64,000 nucleotides of DNA. Source: Eledone cirrhosa. Taxonomy: Eukaryota. The stretch covers positions 28,396,001-28,460,000 of the forward strand of contig OZ024759.1 in NCBI GenBank assembly GCA_964016885.1. The letters run 5' to 3'. This document shows, piece after piece, positions 7,547 to 22,300 of this stretch (positions within the stretch are counted from its first letter, which is position 1; the number at the start of each line of letters is the position of its first letter). A model generated the notes under the pieces. The model ran no database searches, was not told where the DNA came from, and saw only the letters and a program-made list of their open reading frames with translations. A program made the position numbers and the translations under genes.

Positions 7547-10500
7547 TGACTCCGTCTGTAATAATGTTCTCTTATTTGAAATATGCCATACCTAATTCCC
7601 GTGTCTGTGTGTGTGAAAAATATTCCAACTTAGAGCGACGTGCCCGTAAATTGTTTAGCCTGATTCCTATATATAGATAATGTGTAATATCTGAACCTTC
7701 ATGGAGGGTCTTTGCCGTAATTTCCCGTAACTCCGACTAGAAATCATTATGTAGTTTATTCGTCCGTTAAAAATAATGATTAAAACAATTCTATATCCAC
7801 AGTTATATACACCTCTTCATCACATATTATATTATTTCCACCAATAACTACATTATATCCTTAAATATGACACCAACACATATAATTTGTAAATAAAAGA
7901 TAAAATATTAAAACCTCAATTTTTAAATAATTTTACCCCACTTTTGTGTTCTCAGTGTTTAGATTAACCCATAATTTTATGATTTTGGAGCATATAACTT
8001 ATAGTACCAGTCATGTACTGGGATCAATTTAACGGATTGGTTCCTCCCCGCAAATTACTTGACTTTTGCCTAAGTAAGACATACTCACAGAATGTATCGA
8101 TGTATATGTATGAATGTATATATATTAGTATATTTTATGTTTACAATAAAAATAGACAAACAATTTAATGATAATATGAAATGAAATTATTATTATTTAT
8201 TAATAATATTTTTATTGTTTTCACTGCATTAACTTCTGAGTGTGACTTTGTTTTTCTTACTATTTTCTACTGTAAATGGCGGCTTAATTGGATTATTACT
8301 AAGGTTTACTGGATTGTGGTGTTTCTTTATTGTTTTATATTTCAATCAGTGGACATCGGGATAGCTTTCTATATACCTGGGATAAATGTAAAGAGTACTG
8401 ATTTTCATCTGCAGTTCAATGGTGATGTCTTCTTATATTTTCATTTACTTCTGCAATACTGTATATTGTAGTCTTTTCATTATTTTAAATATTTCTATCA
8501 TGTCACTCGTTTGATATATCTCCCCGAAAGATATAGTTATTCAGAGCTTTACATTTGAATAGTGTACTACTATTTAAATATTAGTCCTTTAAATATATAT
8601 TTCTCTCACGTCCCCCCCCCCCCCACCCCCTTAGATTTATCTCCTCTAAATTTGCAATCCCTAAAGTTTAACATCTTTCTTCAGAAGACGATTTCTTAAT
8701 AATTCTGGTGTTTTCTGTTTTGTTCTTTTCTGGATTCCTTCAATAGGTTCTCCGTATTTTCTGAAGTCGTCTGACCATGCCCCAAAACAATATTCTAGGT
8801 TGTATCACACATATCATTCAACTAGTGTTTTAGACCTCTCGACATTTAGCTAGGCAAAGGAATGTTTTATTATTCCTATCATCTGAATTCCTTTTTTTTT
8901 CTTCAACATGTTTAGCCATCTTTAAAATCATATTCATACATATTCATAATTCCTCGTGGAGGGGTATAAGAGACACGTATAAATATAGCTGCATATTACT
9001 ACAAAATAACTTGAACCATATCGCGAAACATTTTGTAAAGTATCTCTGTAATTATTCTCGTTTCGATTTTCTGTAGAATGTATTGACGTTTAAGATAGAG
9101 ACAATTGCCCTTCTTCTAATAATCTCTTTGTCCATTCCATGTTTAGTCTCACAAAATATTGTTAATGCAAGATTTTGCTCTAATGTAATAAATGTTACTT
9201 TTAAAAGACCGAAGTTCTCAATTTTCTTCTTTCTCTTGTATATTGATATCTAAAGGATGACAAATGTATGCATTATGTGATAGGGAGGGAAAAAGCCACG
9301 ACCTTCTTCTCTCGTTACAGAAGGCTAACTGACAACGTCTTTCGCAGGAGTGACTAGTACTACTGCCTTTTATATACCGTGACAACTGGAAAGACGTGAC
9401 AAATAAGGATACACTCTGCTCTCCTTATCAACATTGTCCGAGTCTGAGGACCTTTCCTCCCTGGTTAAGGAGTGAGATAAAATATTAGGGATCAATCTCT
9501 AGCAATAATTTCATTAAATCATATTTAACCAGAGACTGTTATGTCGTGGTTGTTGCTATATTTTATAGTCGTGGTTTCAATGTTTAACAGCGGTTGTATA
9601 ATTAGCTTTATCTAATTATTATCAAACAAAACAGATTTATATATTGTCGCCGTTGTACGTTAAAATCACATATATATTTATATACACACCAAGGATGGAG
9701 GGACGACGGAATTGAAAACCATTATTGCTGAGTACATCACGGCAAGATCTAATCTAATACACACACACACACACTCTCCCGTATATATTTAATAATCAGC
9801 TATGACCATGAAGAAGGTCCCTGTAGATCATCTGGTTGTAGGATCTAATGAACCCGAAAGAAAGTGAAAATATATTTTATGAAAGCCCCAGAAGAATAAA
9901 TGTAAACATTGACCCGATTCTAGTAGAAATAACAATGAGAAAGCCATGAACGCCAGCACATCTATTTTGCTTGGAAATTGAAAGTAGGTTTATAAATATT
10001 AATTTTTTTCTTATGTTCTTGTATCTGTTTCGTTGGCCTAATGGTAGGTGTTAGAGACTATGTAGACACTGATGTGGTGTTCAATCTCAGTCCGAATCTG
10101 TACTATATATTTTATAATTTAAATTTTTCTCTAGCAATGTAAAAAAATGAAATTATTATCTATAGACTTTGACTGAGATCTAAACCCAGAGCAGGTTCTC
10201 CACCGTCTCTAATACCTACCATTAGGCCACGGAGACAGATATAAAAACAGTGTGAAAATTAATATTTATAAAGTTACTTTTTTATTTTTGTTTTATACTA
10301 TAAAAAAATATAATACGACACACTGCCAGTGATTGAACCCCGCACCTGGACCTCCACCGGCTCTTATACTTACCGCCTAGGCTAAAGGGACGGTTACGGA
10401 AACTTACTGAAAATTGATATTTATAAACCTACTTTTTCATTACTAGAAAAAACCGGAAGTGGAGAAAATTGAAAAACATCTTCTTTTTCTTCCTCTGATT

Positions 10501-12988
10501 TTTTTTTATCCAAAATTTCGATTTAAGTCAGAGACGAGTTATCGTTCGTGGCAAAAATCAGAGGAAGAAAAAGAAAAAGTTTTTCAATTTTCTCCACTTC
10601 CGGTTTTTTCTAGTATAGGTAAGTAAATATTAATTTTCAATGCATTTTTCTAACCGTCCCTGTGGCCTAATGGTAAGTACTAGAGACGGTGGAGATCCTG
10701 ATTTAGGGTTCGATTTCCGTTAGGTTTTATACTAATAACTGCGTATTTGTTGCTTTTATTAAGTAAGATTTGAACTAATAATGCTGTACTTTGTAGTAAT
10801 GTCCCATATTATATTCAACATATTTTAATTAAAATTTGTTTTTTTTTATAAAAGAAAGAACAAAAAACCTTATTGAAATTAAGAAATGAATTTTATTCAG
10901 TAAAGTTGTTTTTATTTTGTTTTCACTTCATTAACTGCTGAATACGTCTTTTGTTTTTGTTTTTGATTCTTTCTAACCATTGTTTACTGCAAATGGTGAC
11001 TGCAACGAAGCTGGATTATTACCAAGTTTCACTGGATGATTGTATTATTTTGTTGTCAGTGGACATCTGGACATCTATCTAAATACCTGGAATAAACACA
11101 AGGTGTGTGTTTTACGTAACATTTCATTTTAATGTCTGATGTTCCTGTATATCACATTTAAAATGTAACCAATAAACAAGAGAGGGAGGCGACATCAAAA
11201 TAAACCACACAGACGAGGTACGAATAATCTAAAATTAATTTTAACAAACTATAAACGATGTTTAAAGAGAGACAAACATTAAAAAAGGATTTCAAACAAA
11301 CACGTAAACACAATTACAGCCATAATCTAATATGTGAAGATCAACATTTTTCACGATCGAAATAAAACTAAATATGTAAAGTTTAGTGGCCCCTGATTTA
11401 CTTGCTTTTAATTTCATTTTGATAATCTGTATTCTGTAGACATATATTTATGATTTTAATGATGAAATTTCCTCTTGTCTTTAAAAGATTATTACTTATA
11501 AAAATTATAATAGTCACCTCCTCATTCGAGGTAGCTTACCCACAGAGGTTCCTCAACTGGGCGATTTCAACTGTTGGGTGGGCGATGAGCAGCTGAACAG
11601 AAAATTGAGGGCCATTGGAAACTTTGGTGGCCGATATAGAATTTTGAGATTTAAGAAGGTATGCTACCCGAAAACCTATTCAAGGAATATATGCAAAGAA
11701 CCTGAATAAAAATCAGGAAGCTAATTGGGAAAATTAAACCAGGAACAAACATTTACGAAACATATTTGGTATACTTTGGAATATTTACTATACAGGTGGC
11801 TGGTGGAATATTTTTCAAATGTTCTGGAGACAAGCCTCTTAGCTATATATCATAGTTCTTCAATCCTTCATCTTCCACAGTTGGTGAAGTATTTCGATTT
11901 GATATGACGATCGCAGAGTTAGATTTAGGACGTGGTGGCGTTCATGGCTTTCTTAGTGTTGTTACTAGAAAGGGTCGACTCTGTCTTTCACACTTCAGGT
12001 TTTTTCATGAATTAAATATCCATTTTCTTTCTGATCGGTCTAACAATGATTTGAACCTACAATGACTCCGTCTGTAATAATGTTCTCTTATTTGAAATAT
12101 GCCATACCTAACTCCCGTGTCTGTGTGTGTGAAAAATATTCCAACTTAGAGCGACGTGCCCGTAAATTGTTTAGCCTGATTCCTATATATAGATAATGTG
12201 TAATATTTGAACCTTCATGGAGGGTCTTTGCCGTAATTTCCCGTAACTCCGACTAGAAGTCATTATGTAGTTTTTTCGTCCGTTAAAAATAATGATTAAA
12301 ACAATTCTATATCCACAGTTCTATACACCTCTTCATCACATATTATATTATTTCCACCAATAACTACATTATATCCTTAAATATGACACCAAGACATATA
12401 ATTTGTAAATAAAAGATAAAATATTAAAACCTCAATTTTTAAATAATTTTACCCCACTTTTGTGTTCTCAGTGTTTAGATTAACCCATAATTTTATGATT
12501 TTGGAGCATATAACTTATAGTACCAGTCATGTACTGGGATCAATTTAACGGATTGGTTCCTCCCCGCAAATTACTTGACTTTTGCCTAAGTAAGACATAC
12601 TCACAGAATGTATCGTTGTATATGTATGAATGTATATATATATATTAGTATATTTTATGTTTACAATAAAAATAGACAAACAATTTAATGATAATATGAA
12701 ATGAAAGTATTATTATTTATTAATAATATTTTTATTGTTTTCACTGCATTAACTTCTGAGTGTGACTTTGTTTTTCTTACTATTTTCTACTGTAAATGGC
12801 GGCTTAATTGGATTATTACTAAGGTTTACTGGATTGTGGTGTTTCTTTATTGTTTTATATTTCAATCAGTGGACATCAGGATAGCTTTCTATATACCTGG
12901 GATAAATGTAAAGAGTACTGATTTTCATCTGCAGTTCAATGGTGATGTCTTCTTATATTTTCATTTACTTCTGCAATACTGTATATTG

Positions 12989-13353
12989 TAGTCCTTTCAT
13001 TTTTTTAAATATTTCTATCATGTCACTCGTTTGATATATCTCCCCGAAAGATATAGTTATTCGGAGCTTTACATTGGAATAGTGTACTACTATTTAAATA
13101 TTAGTCCTTTAAATATATATTTCTCTCATGTCCCCTCCCCCCCCACCCTCTTAGATTTATCTCCTCTAAATTTGCAATCCCTAAAGTTTAACATCTTTCT
13201 TCAGAAGACGATTTCTTAATAATTCTGGTGTTTTCTGTTTTGTTCTTTTCTGGATTCCTTCAATAGGTTCTCCGTATTTTCTGAAGTCGTCTGACCATGC
13301 CCCAAAACAATATTCTAGGTTGTATCACACATATCATTCAACTAGTGTTTTAG
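12989..13353 (-). mobile_element. degenerate CR1-type LINE ORF2 (post-RT) fossil present in every unit (copy 3 shown; copy 1 at ~3990-4315 with an internal deletion)
   Basis: Minus-strand translation with frameshifts: KTLV...NLEYCFGAWSDDFRKYGEPIEGIQKRTKQKTPEL...EERC*TLGIANLEEINLRG..DMREI, then a second SDMIEIFKKMKGL. This matches the CR1 consensus LYKTLVRPHLEYCVQxWSP...LExVQRRATK...YEERLxxLGLxSLExRRLRGDMIEVFK. Confidence 0.8.
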
Positions 13354-16300
13354 ACCTCTCGACATTTAGCTAGGCAAAGGAATGTTTTATTATTCCTATC
13401 ATCTGAATTCCTTTTTTTTTTCTTCAACATGTTTAGCCATCTTTAAAATCATATTCATACATATTCACAATTCCTCGTGGAGGGGTATAAGAGACATGTA
13501 TAAATATAGCTGCATATTACTACAAAATAACTTGAACCATATCGCGAAACATTTTGTAAAGTATCTCTGTAATTATTCTCATTTCGATTTTCTGTAGAAT
13601 GTATTGACGTTTAAGATAGAGCCAATTGCCCTTCTTCTAATAATCTCTTTGTCCATTCCATGTTTAGTCTCACAAAATATTGTTAATGCAAGATTTTGCT
13701 CTAATGTAATAAATGTTACTTTTAAAAGACCGAAGTTCTCAATTTTCTTCTTTCTCTTGTATATTGATATCTAAAGGATGACAAATGTATGCATTATGTG
13801 ATAGGGAGGGAAAAAGCCACGACCTTCTTCTCTCGTTACAGAAGGCTAATTGACAACGTCTTTCGCAGGAGTGACTAGTACTACTGCCTTTTATATACCG
13901 TGACAACTGGAAAGACGTGACAAATAAGGATACACTCTGCTCTCCTTATCAACATTGTCCGAGTCTGAGGACCTTTCCTCCCTGGTTAAGGAGTGAGATA
14001 AAATATTAGGGATCAATCTCTACTAATAATTTCATTAAATCATATTTAACCAGAGACTGTTATGTCGTGGTTGTTGCTATATTTTATAGTCGTGGTTTCA
14101 ATGTTTAACAGCGGTTGTATAATTAGCTTTATCTAATTATTATCAAACAAAACAGATTTATATATTGTCGCCGTTGTACGTTAAAATCACATATATATTT
14201 ATATACACACCAAGGATGGAGGGACGACGGAATTGAAAACCATTATTGCTGAGTACATCACGGCAAGATCTAATCTAATACACACACACACACTCTCCCG
14301 TATATATTTAATAATCAGCTATGACCATGAAGAAGGTCCCTGTAGATCATCTGGTTGTAGGATCTAATGAACCCGAAAGAAAGTGAAAATATATTTTATG
14401 AAAGCCCCAGAAGAATAAATGTAAACATTGACCCGATTCTAGTAGAAATAACAATGAGAAAGCCATGAACGCCAGCACATCTATTTTGCTTGGAAATTGA
14501 AAGTAGGTTTATAAATATTAATTTTTTTCTTATGTTCTTGTATCTGTTTCGTTGGCCTAATGGTAGGTGTTAGAGACTATGTAGACATTGATGTGGTGTT
14601 CAATCTCAGTCCGAATCTGTACTATATATTTTTAAATTTAAATTTTTCTCTAGCAAAGTAAAAAAATGAAATTATAATCTATAGACTTTGTCTGAGATCG
14701 AAACCCAGAGCAGGTTCTCCACCGTCTCTAATACCTACCATTAGGCCACGGAGACAGATATAAAAACAGTGTGAAAATTAATATTTATAAAGTTACTTTT
14801 TTATTTTTGTTTTATACTATAAAAAAATATAATACGACACACTGCCAGTGATTGAACCCCGCACCTGGACCTCCACCGGCTCTTATACTTACCACTAGGC
14901 TAAAGGGACGGTTACGGAAACTTACTGAAAATTGATATTTATAAACCTACTTTTTCATTACTAGAAAAAACCGGAAGTGGAGAAAATTGAAAAACATCTT
15001 CTTTTTCTTCCTCTGATTTTTTTTTATCCAAAATTTCGATTTAAGTCAGAGACGAGTTATCGTTCGTGGCAAAAATCAGAGGAAGAAAAAGAAAAAGTTT
15101 TTCAATTTTCTCCACTTCCGGTTTTTTCTAGTATAGGTAAGTAAATATTAATTTTCAATGCATTTTTCTAACCGTCCCTGTGGCCTAATGGTAAGTACTA
15201 GAGACGGTGGAGATCCTGATTTAGGGTTCGATTTCCGTTAGGTTTTATACTAATAACTGCGTATTTGTTGCTTTTATTAAGTAAGATTTGAACTAATAAT
15301 GCTGTACTTTGTAGTAATGTCCCATATTATATTCAACATATTTTAATTAAAATTTGTTTTTTTTTATAAAAGAAAGAACAAAAAACCTTATTGAAATTAA
15401 GAAATGAATTTTATTCAGTAAAGTTGTTTTTATTTTGTTTTCACTTCATTAACTGCTGAATACGTCTTTTGTTTTTGTTTTTGATTCTTTCTAACCATTG
15501 TTTACTGCAAATGGTGACTGCAACGAAGCTGGATTATTACCAAGTTTCACTGGATGATTGTATTATTTTGTTGTCAGTGGACATCTGGACATCTATCTAA
15601 ATACCTGGAATAAACACAAGGTGTGTGTTTTACGTAACATTTCATTTTAATGTCTGATGTTCCTGTATATCACATTTAAAATGTAACCAATAAACAAGAG
15701 AGGGAGGCGACATCAAAATAAACCACACAGACGAGGTACGAATAATCTAAAATTAATTTTAACAAACTATAAACGATGTTTAAAGAGAGACAAACATTAA
15801 AAAAGGATTTCAAACAAACACGTAAACACAATTACAGCCATAATCTAATATGTGAAGATCAACATTTTTCACGATCGAAATAAAACTAAATATGTAAAGT
15901 TTAGTGGCCCCTGATTTACTTGCTTTTAATTTCATTTTGATAATCTGTATTCTGTAGACATATATTTATGATTTTAATGATGAAATTTCCTCTTGTCTTT
16001 AAAAGATTATTACTTATAAAAATTATAATAGTCACCTCCTCATTCGAGGTAGCTTACCCACAGGGGTTCCTCAACTGGGCGATTTCAACTGTTGGGTGGG
16101 CGATGAGCAGCTGAACAGAAAATTGAGGGCCATTGGAAACTTTGGTGGCCGATATAGAATTTTGAGATTTAAGAAGGTATGCTACCCGAAAACCTATTCA
16201 AGGAATATATGCAAAGAACCTGAATAAAAATCAGGAAGCTAATTGGGAAAATTAAACCAGGAACAAACATTTACGAAACATATTTGGTATACTTTGGAAT

Positions 16301-19300
16301 ATTTACTATACAGGTGGCTGGTGGAATATTTTTCAAATGTTCTGGAGACAAGCCTCTTAGCTATATATCATAGTTCTTCAATCCTTCATCTTCCACAGTT
16401 GGTGAAGTATTTCGATTTGATATGACGATCGCAGAGTTAGATTTAGGACGTGGTGGCGTTCATGGCTTTCTTAGTGTTGTTACTAGAAAGGGTCGACTCT
16501 GTCTTTCACACTTCAGGTTTTTTCATGAATTAAATATCCATTTTCTTTCTGATCGGTCTAACAATGATTTGAACCTACAATGACTCCGTCTGTAATAATG
16601 TTCTCTTATTTGAAATATGCCATACCTAACTCCCGTGTCTGTGTGTGTGAAAAATATTCCAACTTAGAGCGACGTGCCCGTAAATTGTTTAGCCTGATTC
16701 CTATATATAGATAATGTGTAATATTTGAACCTTCATGGAGGGTCTTTGCCGTAATTTCCCGTAACTCCGACTAGAAGTCATTATGTAGTTTTTTCGTCCG
16801 TTAAAAATAATGATTAAAACAATTCTATATCCACAGTTCTATACACCTCTTCATCACATATTATATTATTTCCACCAATAACTACATTATATCCTTAAAT
16901 ATGACACCAAGACATATAATTTGTAAATAAAAGATAAAATATTAAAACCTCAATTTTTAAATAATTTTACCCCACTTTTGTGTTCTCAGTGTTTAGATTA
17001 ACCCATAATTTTATGATTTTGGAGCATATAACTTATAGTACCAGTCATGTACTGGGATCAATTTAACGGATTGGTTCCTCCCCGCAAATTACTTGACTTT
17101 TGCCTAAGTAAGACATACTCACAGAATGTATCGTTGTATATGTATGAATGTATATATATATATTAGTATATTTTATGTTTACAATAAAAATAGACAAACA
17201 ATTTAATGATAATATGAAATGAAAGTATTATTATTTATTAATAATATTTTTATTGTTTTCACTGCATTAACTTCTGAGTGTGACTTTGTTTTTCTTACTA
17301 TTTTCTACTGTAAATGGCGGCTTAATTGGATTATTACTCAGGTTTACTGGATTGTGGTGTTTCTTTATTGTTTTATATTTCAATCAGTGGACATCAGGAT
17401 AGCTTTCTATATACCTGGGATAAATGTAAAGAGTACTGATTTTCATCTGCAGTTCAATGGTGATGTCTTCTTATATTTTCATTTACTTCTGCAATACTGT
17501 ATATTGTAGTCCTTTCATTTTTTTAAATATTTCTATCATGTCACTCGTTTGATATATCTCCCCGAAAGATATAGTTATTCGGAGCTTTACATTGGAATAG
17601 TGTACTACTATTTAAATATTAGTCCTTTAAATATATATTTCTCTCATGTCCCCCCCCCCCCCACCCTCTTAGATTTATCTCCTCTAAATTTGCAATCCCT
17701 AAAGTTTAACATCTTTCTTCAGAAGACGATTTCTTAATAATTCTGGTGTTTTCTGTTTTGTTCTTTTCTGGATTCCTTCAATAGGTTCTCCGTATTTTCT
17801 GAAGTCGTCTGACCATGCCCCAAAACAATATTCTAGGTTGTATCACACATATCATTCAACTAGTGTTTTAGACCTCTCGACATTTAGCTAGGCAAAGGAA
17901 TGTTTTATTATTCCTATCATCTGAATTCCTTTTTTTTTTCTTCAACATGTTTAGCCATCTTTAAAATCATATTCATACATATTCACAATTCCTCGTGGAG
18001 GGGTATAAGAGACATGTATAAATATAGCTGCATATTACTACAAAATAACTTGAACCATATCGCGAAACATTTTGTAAAGTATCTCTGTAATTATTCTCAT
18101 TTCGATTTTCTGTAGAATGTATTGACGTTTAAGATAGAGCCAATTGCCCTTCTTCTAATAATCTCTTTGTCCATTCCATGTTTAGTCTCACAAAATATTG
18201 TTAATGCAAGATTTTGCTCTAATGTAATAAATGTTACTTTTAAAAGACCGAAGTTCTCAATTTTCTTCTTTCTCTTGTATATTGATATCTAAAGGATGAC
18301 AAATGTATGCATTATGTGATAGGGAGGGAAAAAGCCACGACCTTCTTCTCTCGTTACAGAAGGCTAATTGACAACGTCTTTCGCAGGAGTGACTAGTACT
18401 ACTGCCTTTTATATACCGTGACAACTGGAAAGACGTGACAAATAAGGATACACTCTGCTCTCCTTATCAACATTGTCCGAGTCTGAGGACCTTTCCTCCC
18501 TGGTTAAGGAGTGAGATAAAATATTAGGGATCAATCTCTAGCAATAATTTCATTAAATCATATTTAACCAGAGACTGTTATGTCGTGGTTGTTGCTATAT
18601 TTTATAGTCGTGGTTTCAATGTTTAACAGCGGTTGTATAATTAGCTTTATCTAATTATTATCAAACAAAACAGATTTATATATTGTCGCCGTTGTACGTT
18701 AAAATCACATATATATTTATATACACACCAAGGATGGAGGGACGACGGAATTGAAAACCATTATTGCTGAGTACATCACGGCAAGATCTAATCTAATACA
18801 CACACACACACTCTCCCGTATATATTTAATAATCAGCTATGACCATGAAGAAGGTCCCTGTAGATCATCTGGTTGTAGGATCTAATGAACCCGAAAGAAA
18901 GTGAAAATATATTTTATGAAAGCCCCAGAAGAATAAATGTAAACATTGACCCGATTCTAGTAGAAATAACAATGAGAAAGCCATGAACGCCAGCACATCT
19001 ATTTTGCTTGGAAATTGAAAGTAGGTTTATAAATATTAATTTTTTTCTTATGTTCTTGTATCTGTTTCGTTGGCCTAATGGTAGGTGTTAGAGACTATGT
19101 AGACATTGATGTGGTGTTCAATCTCAGTCCGAATCTGTACTATATATTTTTAAATTTAAATTTTTCTCTAGCAAAGTAAAAAAATGAAATTATAATCTAT
19201 AGACTTTGTCTGAGATCGAAACCCAGAGCAGGTTCTCCACCGTCTCTAATACCTACCATTAGGCCACGGAGACAGATATAAAAACAGTGTGAAAATTAAT

Positions 19301-22300
19301 ATTTATAAAGTTACTTTTTTATTTTTGTTTTATACTATAAAAAAATATAATACGACACACTGCCAGTGATTGAACCCCGCACCTGGACCTCCACCGGCTC
19401 TTATACTTACCACTAGGCTAAAGGGACGGTTACGGAAACTTACTGAAAATTGATATTTATAAACCTACTTTTTCATTACTAGAAAAAACCGGAAGTGGAG
19501 AAAATTGAAAAACATCTTCTTTTTCTTCCTCTGATTTTTTTTTATCCAAAATTTCGATTTAAGTCAGAGACGAGTTATCGTTCGTGGCAAAAATCAGAGG
19601 AAGAAAAAGAAAAAGTTTTTCAATTTTCTCCACTTCCGGTTTTTTCTAGTATAGGTAAGTAAATATTAATTTTCAATGCATTTTTCTAACCGTCCCTGTG
19701 GCCTAATGGTAAGTACTAGAGACGGTGGAGATCCTGATTTAGGGTTCGATTTCCGTTAGGTTTTATACTAATAACTGCGTATTTGTTGCTTTTATTAAGT
19801 AAGATTTGAACTAATAATGCTGTACTTTGTAGTAATGTCCCATATTATATTCAACATATTTTAATTAAAATTTGTTTTTTTTTATAAAAGAAAGAACAAA
19901 AAACCTTATTGAAATTAAGAAATGAATTTTATTCAGTAAAGTTGTTTTTATTTTGTTTTCACTTCATTAACTGCTGAATACGTCTTTTGTTTTTGTTTTT
20001 GATTCTTTCTAACCATTGTTTACTGCAAATGGTGACTGCAACGAAGCTGGATTATTACCAAGTTTCACTGGATGATTGTATTATTTTGTTGTCAGTGGAC
20101 ATCTGGACATCTATCTAAATACCTGGAATAAACACAAGGTGTGTGTTTTACGTAACATTTCATTTTAATGTCTGATGTTCCTGTATATCACATTTAAAAT
20201 GTAACCAATAAACAAGAGAGGGAGGCGACATCAAAATAAACCACACAGACGAGGTACGAATAATCTAAAATTAATTTTAACAAACTATAAACGATGTTTA
20301 AAGAGAGACAAACATTAAAAAAGGATTTCAAACAAACACGTAAACACAATTACAGCCATAATCTAATATGTGAAGATCAACATTTTTCACGATCGAAATA
20401 AAACTAAATATGTAAAGTTTAGTGGCCCCTGATTTACTTGCTTTTAATTTCATTTTGATAATCTGTATTCTGTAGACATATATTTATGATTTTAATGATG
20501 AAATTTCCTCTTGTCTTTAAAAGATTATTACTTATAAAAATTATAATAGTCACCTCCTCATTCGAGGTAGCTTACCCACAGGGGTTCCTCAACTGGGCGA
20601 TTTCAACTGTTGGGTGGGCGATGAGCAGCTGAACAGAAAATTGAGGGCCATTGGAAACTTTGGTGGCCGATATAGAATTTTGAGATTTAAGAAGGTATGC
20701 TACCCGAAAACCTATTCAAGGAATATATGCAAAGAACCTGAATAAAAATCAGGAAGCTAATTGGGAAAATTAAACCAGGAACAAACATTTACGAAACATA
20801 TTTGGTATACTTTGGAATATTTACTATACAGGTGGCTGGTGGAATATTTTTCAAATGTTCTGGAGACAAGCCTCTTAGCTATATATCATAGTTCTTCAAT
20901 CCTTCATCTTCCACAGTTGGTGAAGTATTTCGATTTGATATGACGATCGCAGAGTTAGATTTAGGACGTGGTGGCGTTCATGGCTTTCTTAGTGTTGTTA
21001 CTAGAAAGGGTCGACTCTGTCTTTCACACTTCAGGTTTTTTCATGAATTAAATATCCATTTTCTTTCTGATCGGTCTAACAATGATTTGAACCTACAATG
21101 ACTCCGTCTGTAATAATGTTCTCTTATTTGAAATATGCCATACCTAACTCCCGTGTCTGTGTGTGTGAAAAATATTCCAACTTAGAGCGACGTGCCCGTA
21201 AATTGTTTAGCCTGATTCCTATATATAGATAATGTGTAATATTTGAACCTTCATGGAGGGTCTTTGCCGTAATTTCCCGTAACTCCGACTAGAAGTCATT
21301 ATGTAGTTTTTTCGTCCGTTAAAAATAATGATTAAAACAATTCTATATCCACAGTTCTATACACCTCTTCATCACATATTATATTATTTCCACCAATAAC
21401 TACATTATATCCTTAAATATGACACCAAGACATATAATTTGTAAATAAAAGATAAAATATTAAAACCTCAATTTTTAAATAATTTTACCCCACTTTTGTG
21501 TTCTCAGTGTTTAGATTAACCCATAATTTTATGATTTTGGAGCATATAACTTATAGTACCAGTCATGTACTGGGATCAATTTAACGGATTGGTTCCTCCC
21601 CGCAAATTACTTGACTTTTGCCTAAGTAAGACATACTCACAGAATGTATCGTTGTATATGTATGAATGTATATATATATATTAGTATATTTTATGTTTAC
21701 AATAAAAATAGACAAACAATTTAATGATAATATGAAATGAAAGTATTATTATTTATTAATAATATTTTTATTGTTTTCACTGCATTAACTTCTGAGTGTG
21801 ACTTTGTTTTTCTTACTATTTTCTACTGTAAATGGCGGCTTAATTGGATTATTACTCAGGTTTACTGGATTGTGGTGTTTCTTTATTGTTTTATATTTCA
21901 ATCAGTGGACATCAGGATAGCTTTCTATATACCTGGGATAAATGTAAAGAGTACTGATTTTCATCTGCAGTTCAATGGTGATGTCTTCTTATATTTTCAT
22001 TTACTTCTGCAATACTGTATATTGTAGTCCTTTCATTTTTTTAAATATTTCTATCATGTCACTCGTTTGATATATCTCCCCGAAAGATATAGTTATTCGG
22101 AGCTTTACATTGGAATAGTGTACTACTATTTAAATATTAGTCCTTTAAATATATATTTCTCTCATGTCCCCCCCCCCCCCCCACCCTCTTAGATTTATCT
22201 CCTCTAAATTTGCAATCCCTAAAGTTTAACATCTTTCTTCAGAAGACGATTTCTTAATAATTCTGGTGTTTTCTGTTTTGTTCTTTTCTGGATTCCTTCA

